DNA of 32,000 bases, from positions 900,001-932,000 of the forward strand of contig CP025011.1 of assembly GCA_002952755.1 (NCBI GenBank), written 5' to 3'. This document shows positions 14,082 through 22,344 of this stretch, one piece after another. A model generated the notes under the pieces. The model saw nothing but the letters and a program-made list of their open reading frames with translations, made no database searches and was not told where the DNA came from. Position 1 is the stretch's first letter. Each line of letters opens with the position of its first letter. The DNA comes from Candidatus Saccharimonadota bacterium. Its GTDB lineage: Bacteria > Patescibacteriota > Saccharimonadia > Saccharimonadales > UBA4665. A program made the position numbers and the translations under genes.

Positions 14082-15380
14082 ATGAATGTTGCAATAGTTG
14101 GCTACGGCGTTGAGGGTAAATCGGCCTATGATTACTGGCATAAGCTCGGTGCGGATATTACCATCTGTGACCGTAATACAGCAACAGTAGCACCCGAAGG
14201 TGCGTCGACGCAGCTAGGGGATGAGTATGCGCTCAACCTAGACCGCTTCGACATCGTCGTTCGCTCGGCCGGCATTCCACCAAAGGAACTATTACGCCAC
14301 ACCCCTGGCATTGAAAACAAAATGACGACCGTAGTTGATGAATTTTTGCGGGTCTGTCCAACCAAAAACACCATTGGTGTTACTGGTACCAAAGGCAAGG
14401 GCACTACCAGTACCTTGATCACCCAGATGCTTGAAGCCGCTGGCAAAACAGTATATTTGGCCGGCAACATCGGCAACTCCCCACTAGACTTTCTAGCAGA
14501 ACTTACGCCGGAAGATTGGGTCGTTTTAGAATTCTCAAGCTTCCAACTTTCCGACATTCACCATTCGCCACACATTGCGCTGAGCCTCATGATCGTGCCG
14601 GAACATCTGAATTGGCACGACGATTTCGACGATTACGTGGCAGCAAAATCACACATCTTCACCCATCAAACAGCTGATGATATTGCGGTATATTATCCTG
14701 AAAATGAGGCTTCAAATAAAAATGGCATGCTGAGCCCCGGCCGGCATGTACCCTATTTTGCCGCTCCTGGCGCATTTGTCCGTGCCGGTGAAATAGTTAT
14801 CGACGAACAAGCGATCTGTAAAACCAGCGAACTCAAGCTGCTCGGCAAACATAACTGGCAGAATGTCTGCGCTGCCGTGACGGTGGTTTGGCAAGCAACG
14901 CATGATATTGCGGCGTTACGCACCGTACTCACCACATTTGCAGGGCTGCCTTACCGGCTTGAACTGATCCGCGAGCTTAATGGAGTAAAATATTATAACG
15001 ATTCGCTGGGGACAACACCAGAAACGACTATTGGTGCTATTGAAGCATTCGACCAACCCAAAGTTCTAATTGTCGGTGGCGCCAGCAAGGGCGCGCAATT
15101 TAACGAACTAGCCCGGGCAACAGTAGTCCCCAATGCCAATGTCCGCACTGTGGTATTGATTGGCGATATGGCCCCTACCATTGAAGCCGCGCTAAAAAAT
15201 GCCGGCTTTACGTCACTGGTACACGGCGGCGAGACGATGGCCGCGGCCGTTGCCGCTGCGCACGATGCCGCTCAGCCCGGTGATGTTGTTTTGCTAGCTC
15301 CTGGGTGTAGTAGCTTTGATATGTTCAAAGACTATAAAGACCGCGGCGACCAGTTTAACGATGCCGTGAACGCACTGTAG
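14082..15380 (+). CDS. murD: UDP-N-acetylmuramoyl-L-alanine--D-glutamate ligase
   Basis: IGVTGTKGKGTTSTL P-loop and LAGNIGNSPLDFL are typical of MurD. GAGGAG lies 5 nt upstream of the ATG. Confidence 0.9.
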   Translation: MNVAIVGYGVEGKSAYDYWHKLGADITICDRNTATVAPEGASTQLGDEYALNLDRFDIVVRSAGIPPKELLRHTPGIENKMTTVVDEFLRVCPTKNTIGVTGTKGKGTTSTLITQMLEAAGKTVYLAGNIGNSPLDFLAELTPEDWVVLEFSSFQLSDIHHSPHIALSLMIVPEHLNWHDDFDDYVAAKSHIFTHQTADDIAVYYPENEASNKNGMLSPGRHVPYFAAPGAFVRAGEIVIDEQAICKTSELKLLGKHNWQNVCAAVTVVWQATHDIAALRTVLTTFAGLPYRLELIRELNGVKYYNDSLGTTPETTIGAIEAFDQPKVLIVGGASKGAQFNELARATVVPNANVRTVVLIGDMAPTIEAALKNAGFTSLVHGGETMAAAVAAAHDAAQPGDVVLLAPGCSSFDMFKDYKDRGDQFNDAVNAL

Positions 15381-15473
15381 TCACCTCACTTCTTATGGTT
15401 CAAAGCGCCACTTTTAATCGCTTCTGAGCGAAGCAATCAACGAGAGCTATTCAGTACGTCCTGTGCGGATTGT

Positions 15474-15524
15474 GGGTCGGGGGCAGGGGCGACGGAAAGG
15501 GGTCAAAAATAGGATGAAAAGGGG
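15474..15524 (+). other. G-tract cluster (G-quadruplex-type motif) inside a ~75-nt polypurine tract
   Basis: GGG 15474-76, GGGGG 15479-83, GGGG 15486-89, GGGG 15499-502 and GGGG 15521-24. The first three loops are 2, 2 and 9 nt. Located in the convergent murD / FNR-like intergenic region. Confidence 0.5.
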
Positions 15525-15544
15525 CAGGAAAACGGAAAAGGTGA

Positions 15545-16249
15545 TTAGAACTGCTGGTAACCAGGAAAATAGTCGCTAATGAGACGCTGGGCAGGGACGC
15601 CCATCTTGGCAAGATCTTTCGTGAGGGTCTCGACCATAACTTCTGGACCAGACATATAGTAATACTCTTTGCCGCTATCAGGCGCAAGTGCCAGAACTCG
15701 GCTCGCATCCAGTGAACCAACCTCTCCGATGTATGCATCAGGAGGTCTTTTTACCACCGGCGTATATGGCGAGCCATACTCCTTAAAAAGCTGCACGAAG
15801 GCCAATTCCTCGAGGGTGCCGACGGCGTAGATAAGCCGGATATCACGCTGCTCCTGCGTATCGTGCAAAAATTTGATCATGCTATGCACAGGCGTGATGC
15901 CAATGCCGCCAGCCACAAAAACCAGAGGGATGCGCGGATCTTTCGGCAGCACAAAATCGCCCATTGGCTCTGCCAGCTTCAGCGGGGTGCCGGGCTGCAG
16001 TTTTTTGAGTGTTTGTTTGAAAGTGCTATCGTGGCCAGATGTAAATCTGGTAGTTATCGACAGCATATCGTCCAGCGGCGAGCTGCTGAGTGTAAACCAA
16101 CGCCGTTGGCCATAATTGTCAGAATTGTCGTGCGGCAGGTACAACTCGGTAAATTGTCCAGCAATAAACATTGGTGATTTGAGGGGCCGAAACCAAAAGG
16201 TCTGGATCTGAGGGACGACCTCCTCCTTATGGTCAAACACAACGTCCAT
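15545..16249 (-). CDS. FAD/NAD(P)-binding oxidoreductase (ferredoxin-NADP reductase-like)
   Basis: RRWFTLSS matches the RxYS-type FAD motif and VAGGIGITPVHSM is the NAD(P)-binding glycine motif. The start overlaps the upstream stop (TAATG on the minus strand at 16251-16247). Confidence 0.8.
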   Translation of the reverse strand: MDVVFDHKEEVVPQIQTFWFRPLKSPMFIAGQFTELYLPHDNSDNYGQRRWFTLSSSPLDDMLSITTRFTSGHDSTFKQTLKKLQPGTPLKLAEPMGDFVLPKDPRIPLVFVAGGIGITPVHSMIKFLHDTQEQRDIRLIYAVGTLEELAFVQLFKEYGSPYTPVVKRPPDAYIGEVGSLDASRVLALAPDSGKEYYYMSGPEVMVETLTKDLAKMGVPAQRLISDYFPGYQQF

Positions 16250-16944
16250 TATTGCCCTCTGCGGTTTGTCCTGCGGAATTCGCTAAATCGTTCAGGATGG
16301 TCGGTGCAAATATCGACATCCGGGTAAAATCTGCGAAACAGAGGTGCCAACCAACGGGCATTGAGCGTGTATACGTACAACCTGAGACCGGAACGACGGG
16401 CCAACTGGTAAGTAAGTGGATTCATCAGCCACTTATTAAGACCAATGCCGTCAGCGCTCATGTTCCGCGCGCTCTGAATAATATCGAACGGGCTAAAGTG
16501 CTCCAGTACGTATACCGGTATGTCTGGACGAACATCATGCAATCGTTGCAGTTCGGCGTGTTTGAAAGAGGCGAAACTGACGTCAGCGTCTGGATGTCTA
16601 CTGAGCACGCTGAGCAGTTCGTCGGCACTGCCTTCGTCTTTTACATCGATTATCAGCGGCTTGGAGCCTAAGATGGTCAGTCCCTCATCCAGTGTTGGTA
16701 TGCGCTGGCCGTTTTTAAGGGGAATTTTACGTAATGTCGCCAGCGTAACCTCGTTAACGTATACTTTCTCTCGCGCCACGCGACCGGTGTGCCTATCGTG
16801 CATCATCACCAGTTTATTATCTTTAGTGCGGTGTACGTCGAACTCAATGATGTCAACGTCCGTATCAAGTGCCGCAGCCATACTGGCAGTACTATTTTCG
16901 AGCGCCAGTCCGGCAGCGCCCCGATGACCAATAAGTTTTGCCAT
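16249..16944 (-). CDS. glycerophosphodiester phosphodiesterase family protein
   Basis: MAKLIGHRGAAGLALENSTAS...IIEFDVHRTKDNKLVMMHD carries the HR..EN..E.D..HD signature. Start chosen at ATG 16944 for a canonical N-terminus. In-frame alternatives are ATG 16995 and TTG 17046. Confidence 0.75.
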   Translation of the reverse strand: MAKLIGHRGAAGLALENSTASMAAALDTDVDIIEFDVHRTKDNKLVMMHDRHTGRVAREKVYVNEVTLATLRKIPLKNGQRIPTLDEGLTILGSKPLIIDVKDEGSADELLSVLSRHPDADVSFASFKHAELQRLHDVRPDIPVYVLEHFSPFDIIQSARNMSADGIGLNKWLMNPLTYQLARRSGLRLYVYTLNARWLAPLFRRFYPDVDICTDHPERFSEFRRTNRRGQ

Positions 16945-17085
16945 AAGTAGTGAGCTGGAGAGCCCAAGAAGGCAGCTCTCGCAGTACGCCCCCATTCTTT
17001 TCCAATAAAGGTGGTATGTTAAACTGTTATTTACTCTAGTGTACAATATTTACGAATTGACTAATAGCCAAGAAGAAGGAGTGTC

Positions 17086-17616
17086 ATGGCCGATTTTAAT
17101 CTAGTGTTAACCCCAGGCGACTGGCAGAATGCCGTCGTCAACACCGTCGTAGAGATTACAAAGGGATCGAACATGAAGATCGAGTGGGACCGGGGGCGCG
17201 CCTGCTTTATGCTCGACCGTGTAGAGCCCAAAATCTTTGCCAAGCCCTGCAACTACGGTTTTATCCCACAAACACTCGACGAAGATGGCGACGAACTCGA
17301 CACTCTGATAGTATGCGGCCCCGTGCCCACGGGTGTTTGGATGGAAGCGCGCGTTATCGGTGTCTTAAACTTTAACGACGACGGCGACGGAGATCACAAG
17401 ATTGTGGTAGTCCCGGCAGACGACCGCGACAGCGGCGACAGTATTACCAGCCTCGAGGATCTTGGCGAGCGCTGGAAACAGCAGGTCGAGCATCACTTTA
17501 ATCACTACAAAGACCTCAAAAAGCCCGGCACTACTCAAGTGCTCGGCTGGGGCGATATCGATGAGGCCAAAAAGATTATCGAAGAGTCCATTGCCCGTTG
17601 GAACAATAAAAAATAA
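17086..17616 (+). CDS. ppa: inorganic pyrophosphatase (family I)
   Basis: VVEITKGSNMKIEWD and YGFIPQTLDEDGDELDTLIV match family I. AAGGAG lies upstream of the ATG. Confidence 0.95.
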   Translation: MADFNLVLTPGDWQNAVVNTVVEITKGSNMKIEWDRGRACFMLDRVEPKIFAKPCNYGFIPQTLDEDGDELDTLIVCGPVPTGVWMEARVIGVLNFNDDGDGDHKIVVVPADDRDSGDSITSLEDLGERWKQQVEHHFNHYKDLKKPGTTQVLGWGDIDEAKKIIEESIARWNNKK

Positions 17617-17623
17617 CGCTCCT

Positions 17624-18034
17624 ATGCAGACCTTCGTCACTGCCCGCGCGCTGCTTCTAAACGCAGACGGCAAGATTTTACTCGTACGGCGTAGCCCGAG
17701 CGATCCATTTCATGCCGGCGCGTGGGATATACCCGGCGGGCGTGTAAAGGACGGAGAAGATGTACGGGCGGCCGCGATCCGTGAAACCCGTGAAGAAGTG
17801 GGCGTTACGCTCACCAGCCCGCGATTAGTATTCGCCATTTCCGCGCCGCGCCCAGAAGGCAGTGGCACCTGGATCTTTTTCGTCGACCATATAGATGCCG
17901 GTGCTGTGGAACTCGGCGATGAGCATGATGCTTCGCAGTGGATCGATTTTAAGGACCTGCCAACTTATACCGACTACGAGGTACTGCTCAATATGCACCG
18001 CTATATCTCGGCCATGGGCTTGCTCAACTTGTAG
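17624..18034 (+). CDS. NUDIX hydrolase
   Basis: Nudix box GGRVKDGEDVRAAAIRETREEVG. Start set at MQTFVTARALLL (ATG 17624). The track ORF from 17462 overlaps ppa in another frame. Confidence 0.85.
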   Translation: MQTFVTARALLLNADGKILLVRRSPSDPFHAGAWDIPGGRVKDGEDVRAAAIRETREEVGVTLTSPRLVFAISAPRPEGSGTWIFFVDHIDAGAVELGDEHDASQWIDFKDLPTYTDYEVLLNMHRYISAMGLLNL

Positions 18035-19010
18035 CCACCCGATCCCGATGAGCAGTAACAATGTGGCTATAGTGTCTATGCGGCGTAAGCGAAACGGGCA
18101 ACCCCCAACCCCGAAGTGCCTGTACGACAGCATTAGCCTGTAACTGTCCGACCAACTGCGCATCAGATATTACTCCATCATAGTCGCTGATTACTAACAA
18201 AGGCCTTCTGGGGTGGGGCTCTCGCAATTTCTCAATCATCTCCGGCGCATCCCCGATTGAAGCGACCGCGTGGTAGGTCTGTTGGAGTGACTCCTCTGTC
18301 TGACCTTCGGGTACTGTGTGGCCATGATAGCCTTGTTGTACCCAAATAGGCTCGATTGCCACATCCCGCACTTCCATCTCCTTGGCTAGTCTTGCGATGT
18401 TGACCGCACGATCTTCTAAAACAAATACTTGATAGCCTTGAGATATCTCAGCGAGCTCATTCAATATATGCTCAGCGAACTTATCTTGAGTGGCTATAGG
18501 ATATCTGAGCCCAGCTAGGGTAGGGCCTCGATCTGGCCGCATTTGGCGTCGCAGTTCATTCACCCCCTGAGATTCCATCTTATGATATTGCTCAAAAGGA
18601 TCGCCCTGCATCCATATAGCCACACACCCCTTACTTCCAAGTGCATGCAACACGTCAATGGCGCCCGGGAAACTTGCTTCATTAAGATGACTCCCTAGCG
18701 TTACGGCATAGAGCATATCAGATGTAAAGGCATGGTGATCCGGCGGTGCGATGACAGTAGGAAGGGGCGTCCGTAAAGCTGTCAGCCTGTCCGGGTAGCG
18801 TTCGTCTCCCACTCCTAAGTGTTGCGGCTGATCGTCAAACGAGCTCGGATAGAAAAGAGTGCGATACAACGCATCAGTAGCCACCATTTTATCGCATGCC
18901 TCGATACCCATGCCAAGCGCAGCCGTGATTTTGTCACGTACAAGCTGGACGAGGCCATCATCCGACTCGCAAATCTCAACCGCCGCCGGGAAAGATATGC
19001 TCTCACTCAT
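18024..19010 (-). CDS. hypothetical protein (328 aa), possibly HAD-superfamily related
   Basis: AAGGAG (plus-strand 19018-19023) lies 7 nt upstream of ATG 19010. FPGAIDVLHALGSKGCVAIW and VFVLEDRAVNIARLA resemble HAD core motifs. LLVISDYDGVISD resembles HAD motif I but sits near the C-terminus. Uses a TGA stop. Confidence 0.6.
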   Translation of the reverse strand: MSESISFPAAVEICESDDGLVQLVRDKITAALGMGIEACDKMVATDALYRTLFYPSSFDDQPQHLGVGDERYPDRLTALRTPLPTVIAPPDHHAFTSDMLYAVTLGSHLNEASFPGAIDVLHALGSKGCVAIWMQGDPFEQYHKMESQGVNELRRQMRPDRGPTLAGLRYPIATQDKFAEHILNELAEISQGYQVFVLEDRAVNIARLAKEMEVRDVAIEPIWVQQGYHGHTVPEGQTEESLQQTYHAVASIGDAPEMIEKLREPHPRRPLLVISDYDGVISDAQLVGQLQANAVVQALRGWGLPVSLTPHRHYSHIVTAHRDRVATS

Positions 19011-19049
19011 AGTATCGCTCCTTGTTACTTCAGGTAGTATAGTCCCATC

Positions 19050-19152
19050 GGCAAATTACTCACCTCACCATATAGAGTCAAGCGTAGTGCAACCAGACCA
19101 GCCTTAGCTGGCCTGCGTGTAACGCTCTATTTGGTGAGGTGAGTAATTTGCC
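19050..19152. repeat. 28-bp inverted repeat (1 mismatch) with 47-nt spacer
   Basis: ggcaaattactcacctcaccatatagag (19050-19077) versus ctctatttggtgaggtgagtaatttgcc (19125-19152). An inner hairpin pairs ccagc 19098-19102 with gctgg 19107-19111. Confidence 0.9.
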
Positions 19153-19196
19153 TCTAATCAGTTGCGGCTCGGGATATAGTGTGACGTGCCATCTTA

Positions 19197-19226
19197 TTGC
19201 CTTTTGCGTCTTTCTCACCGTACAAT
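19197..19226 (+). promoter_or_regulatory. candidate promoter TTGCCT-N18-TACAAT for gap
   Basis: TTGCCT 19197-19202, 18-nt spacer, TACAAT 19221-19226. This leaves a ~35-nt leader carrying GGAGG at 19255-19259. Confidence 0.45.
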
Positions 19227-19267
19227 AGGATGAACCGATAATGCCTAAATAAATGGAGGGTTTTTAC

Positions 19268-20284
19268 ATGGAAACGAAAGTGGCGATTAACGGCTTTGGC
19301 CGCATTGGACGTAATGCCTTTAAAATTGCATTCGATCGCAAAGATATTGATATAGTAGCAATCAACGATCTTACCGATACCAAAACACTGGCGTATTTGC
19401 TCAAACACGACAGCAACTACGGCACGTACGACCACGAAGTCACGCATGATGATGAAAATATCATCGTCGACGGCAAGAAAGTAAGAGTACTGGCCGAAAA
19501 AGATCCAGCCACGTTGCCCTGGAAAGATTTGGCAGTCGACGTTGTTATCGAGAGCACCGGCTTCTTCACTGATAAAGAGGGGGCAAGCAAGCACATTACT
19601 GCCGGTGCAAAGCGGGTAGTGATATCCGGGCCAACCAAGAGTGATGGCGTTGACACCATTGTGCTCGGGGCAAACGATGACAAACTGGAAGGCGCGACCG
19701 AGGTGATTAGCAATGCCAGTTGCACGACCAACAGTCTTGGCGCAGTCATGGCAATCTTAGACGATACTTTTGGCGTGGAAAAATCGCTGCTCACCACCGT
19801 ACACAGTTACACAGCCAGTCAGGCTCTCCAGGACGCGCCCAAGAAAGATTTACGCGAGGGGCGCAATGCCGCCGAAAACATTACGCCTACTACTACTGGC
19901 GCAGCAATTGCAGTAACACTCACAATGCCGCAACTCAAAGACAAATTCGACGGCCTGAGCGTCCGCGTTCCCACGCCAGTCGTGTCACTCAGTGACGTTA
20001 CCGCGCTGCTCAAACGCAACACAACGGTCGAAGAGCTGAATCAAGTCTTTAAAGACGCCACAAAAGAGCCCTACTATCAAGGCATCTTAGCCGTCTCCGA
20101 CGAACCGCTAGTCAGCTCGGACTACATTGGCAACAGCCACTCGGGCACCGTCGATCTTCTCCTTACCAAAGTAGTCGACGGCAACTTGGTAAAGGTAATG
20201 GTATGGTACGACAACGAATGGGGCTACAGTAACCGGCTGGTCGAAGTCGTCGCAGACGTCGGCCGCTTACTCAAAAAGCAGTAA
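19268..20284 (+). CDS. gap: type I glyceraldehyde-3-phosphate dehydrogenase
   Basis: METKVAINGFGRIGR, the SNASCTTNS active site, and WYDNEWGYSNR. GGAGG lies 8 nt upstream of ATG 19268. Confidence 0.95.
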   Translation: METKVAINGFGRIGRNAFKIAFDRKDIDIVAINDLTDTKTLAYLLKHDSNYGTYDHEVTHDDENIIVDGKKVRVLAEKDPATLPWKDLAVDVVIESTGFFTDKEGASKHITAGAKRVVISGPTKSDGVDTIVLGANDDKLEGATEVISNASCTTNSLGAVMAILDDTFGVEKSLLTTVHSYTASQALQDAPKKDLREGRNAAENITPTTTGAAIAVTLTMPQLKDKFDGLSVRVPTPVVSLSDVTALLKRNTTVEELNQVFKDATKEPYYQGILAVSDEPLVSSDYIGNSHSGTVDLLLTKVVDGNLVKVMVWYDNEWGYSNRLVEVVADVGRLLKKQ

Positions 20285-20304
20285 TCTTTTATTTGCCTCT
20301 ATAC

Positions 20305-20340
20305 AAATACCGCCTAACAAATAGGCGGTATTTAATATTG
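20305..20340 (+). terminator. terminator-like hairpin after gap
   Basis: aaataccgcct (20305-20315) pairs with aggcggtattt (20323-20333). The T tract is weak (tttaatatt). Confidence 0.55.
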
Positions 20341-20446
20341 ATGGTGCAGAACGTGTAAGAATACGTCTCTAGATAAGCCTCTTTATGCGTATCACAAGAA
20401 GGAAATCGCTTATCTTTTGTAGCGATATTGTCAAAAAGATGATATC

Positions 20447-21232
20447 ATGCAGCGAAAGGAGCTGTTAGCTTTGTTCAGTGCTGCAATAAAATTTGGGCTT
20501 TGGCTACTGGCACTCGTCGGTGTATATTCATGGGCAAAAATGCCTGGTGTTTCTAACGCACTATTATTATTTTTTACGCTTGGCGTCGTTCCAGGAACGC
20601 ATATCGTTCTGTCCCCACAAGCCACATTTTGGTGGACCGGCAGCGTCTTTATTGCCACCACGCTCTTCGTCTTTGCCAGCAATATTAGGCACGGCATACA
20701 GCGGCGGTCTAATTCAATGCCACCCTACGACCAAGGTATGGAGTTTATTGGAGCATCCATGTCTGAGTCGCTCGCTTCTGCTACTCCTCTGTTAGGTACG
20801 GCGCGCAAACCAAAGCCAGTTGTCATCATTACCATTCCGGGGAGGCCTGGACCACTTGCGCATGGATATCGACTACTCAAGAAGCATGCGCCGCCATTCG
20901 CCATACAGGTAGGCGCAGCGCTTGGCCTCCAGACCGCCCGAGCTACCCAAGCCATAAAAATTCAGGCCGTACAAATACTTCATACTTTAGAGCGCGTAGG
21001 TGTCGCGGCGCTACTATGGGCTGGCGAACTGACTAAACGCGGGTTGACCCTCGGCATCCAGTTTTCGCGCGCTACCTGGCACCGCGCAGAACCTCATCTC
21101 CGCACTTTCGACGCCTGGCTGGAAAAACGCATTAAACAAAACGAAGTTCTAATGGCCTTCGTAACCACGCTGCCAGACGTACGGCCAGCTCTATCGGAAT
21201 GGCGCTTATTCCGGCGACACCAGTCTGAATAA
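20447..21232 (+). CDS. hypothetical membrane protein (261 aa)
   Basis: About three N-terminal hydrophobic helices (FGLWLLALVGVY, ALLLFFTLGVVPG, GSVFIATTLFVFA), then a soluble basic region. No family recognised. Confidence 0.65.
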   Translation: MQRKELLALFSAAIKFGLWLLALVGVYSWAKMPGVSNALLLFFTLGVVPGTHIVLSPQATFWWTGSVFIATTLFVFASNIRHGIQRRSNSMPPYDQGMEFIGASMSESLASATPLLGTARKPKPVVIITIPGRPGPLAHGYRLLKKHAPPFAIQVGAALGLQTARATQAIKIQAVQILHTLERVGVAALLWAGELTKRGLTLGIQFSRATWHRAEPHLRTFDAWLEKRIKQNEVLMAFVTTLPDVRPALSEWRLFRRHQSE

Positions 21233-21254
21233 AAGATTAATAGGCATTTGCGGT

Positions 21255-21284
21255 TTGCCCACACTCTACGTCTGGCGTTATAGT
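21255..21284 (+). promoter_or_regulatory. candidate promoter TTGCCC-N18-TATAGT placed 7 nt before the rpiB ATG (leaderless-type)
   Basis: TTGCCC 21255-21260, TATAGT 21279-21284, ATG 21292. There is no Shine-Dalgarno sequence. Confidence 0.4.
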
Positions 21285-21291
21285 AGATTAT

Positions 21292-21744
21292 ATGAAGATC
21301 TTCATTGGCGCCGACCACAATGGCTTCGAGCTTAAACGGAGTTTAGTAGAAGAGCTGGCGCGCATCGGCTACGAAGTGGTCGATGAAGGCGACGGCACTT
21401 TCAAGCCCGAAGACGACTTCCCGCAATTCGCCGCTCGCACTATTGCCGCCTTAAGAGCCGATGGCAGCTCCGATGCCCGGGCCATACTTGTCTGCGGATC
21501 GGGTCAAGGCATGTGCATGGCAGCCAATCGCTACAGAGGCATTCGGGCCAGCCTGGTGTGGAGTCCTGCCGAAGCTCGCGCCTCACGCAACGACGACGAT
21601 GCCAATGTACTCTGTCTGCCGGCACAATATATCAGTGTGCAAGACGCAATCGCCCTGACGGAAACCTGGCTCAAAACGCCGTTCGCTGGTGCCGCCCGCT
21701 TTAAGCGCCGTATCAAAGAGCTTGACGAGCTTGGCGGTTTTTAG
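21292..21744 (+). CDS. rpiB: ribose-5-phosphate isomerase B
   Basis: MKIFIGADHNGFELK and ILVCGSGQGMCMAANRYRGIRA are RpiB/LacAB family signatures. Confidence 0.9.
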   Translation: MKIFIGADHNGFELKRSLVEELARIGYEVVDEGDGTFKPEDDFPQFAARTIAALRADGSSDARAILVCGSGQGMCMAANRYRGIRASLVWSPAEARASRNDDDANVLCLPAQYISVQDAIALTETWLKTPFAGAARFKRRIKELDELGGF

Positions 21745-21850
21745 AGGTGTAAACCCTTCCAGACGATTTGGCCCTTGTTGGGCTTAGGCAATTTTATTTT
21801 TGGCGCATTGGCAGCCGATTTGGTTTTAACTGCTTGGGGAAGACGCTTAT

Positions 21851-22300
21851 TCATACTATTAGTATAGCAAATAATACGACGGTTCCTAAAATAGTAGCGG
21901 CCAGCGACGTCAGCCAGTACCGCCAATACGTCTTATTTATCTGCTGGTTAACATCTATCGCAAGCTGTGTATCCGACAGTAATTGCAATACCAAATCTTC
22001 TTTATCGAGCTCAAGATATTCCGGATGAGACGCAAGGTCTACCGAGGCGCCGATGTAGGGCTTGGGCAAAATAGTCATAATATTAAAGACAATCGACAAG
22101 CCATACGGCAGCCACAGTAGCGCCGACTGCCACCAGTGATGTAAGTGAAGGTCAGCCTGCGCTACAAAAATAAGCAGCGTGATGTTGATAGCCGCCATAG
22201 CCATTGCCTTGTTATCAAGGGCATCACCATCGGCAGTCACCTCGGTGAGCAGATTTTGTTGGAGGGTGAGTAGTGGTCTAAGATCTTGTTCGTTTTGCAT
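21851..22300 (-). CDS. small three-helix membrane protein (149 aa), possibly DUF5706 / Pycsar-effector-like TM family
   Basis: DALDNKAMAMAAINITLLIFV, a second helix WWQSALLWLPYGLSIVFNIMTIL, the segment EYLELDKEDLVLQLLSDTQLAIDVNQQINKTYWRYW, and a C-terminal helix. The family assignment is from memory of the pattern only. Uses a TGA stop. Confidence 0.6.
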   Translation of the reverse strand: MQNEQDLRPLLTLQQNLLTEVTADGDALDNKAMAMAAINITLLIFVAQADLHLHHWWQSALLWLPYGLSIVFNIMTILPKPYIGASVDLASHPEYLELDKEDLVLQLLSDTQLAIDVNQQINKTYWRYWLTSLAATILGTVVLFAILIV

Positions 22301-22344
22301 AAGCGGTATAAGCTAAGTAGTAACTTACCTTTAAAGTATACAAG

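Noticed and set aside
17462-17623. N-terminal extension of the Nudix ORF overlapping ppa
   Set aside because: The extension overlaps the 3' end of ppa in another frame. The Nudix fold begins right after ATG 17624.
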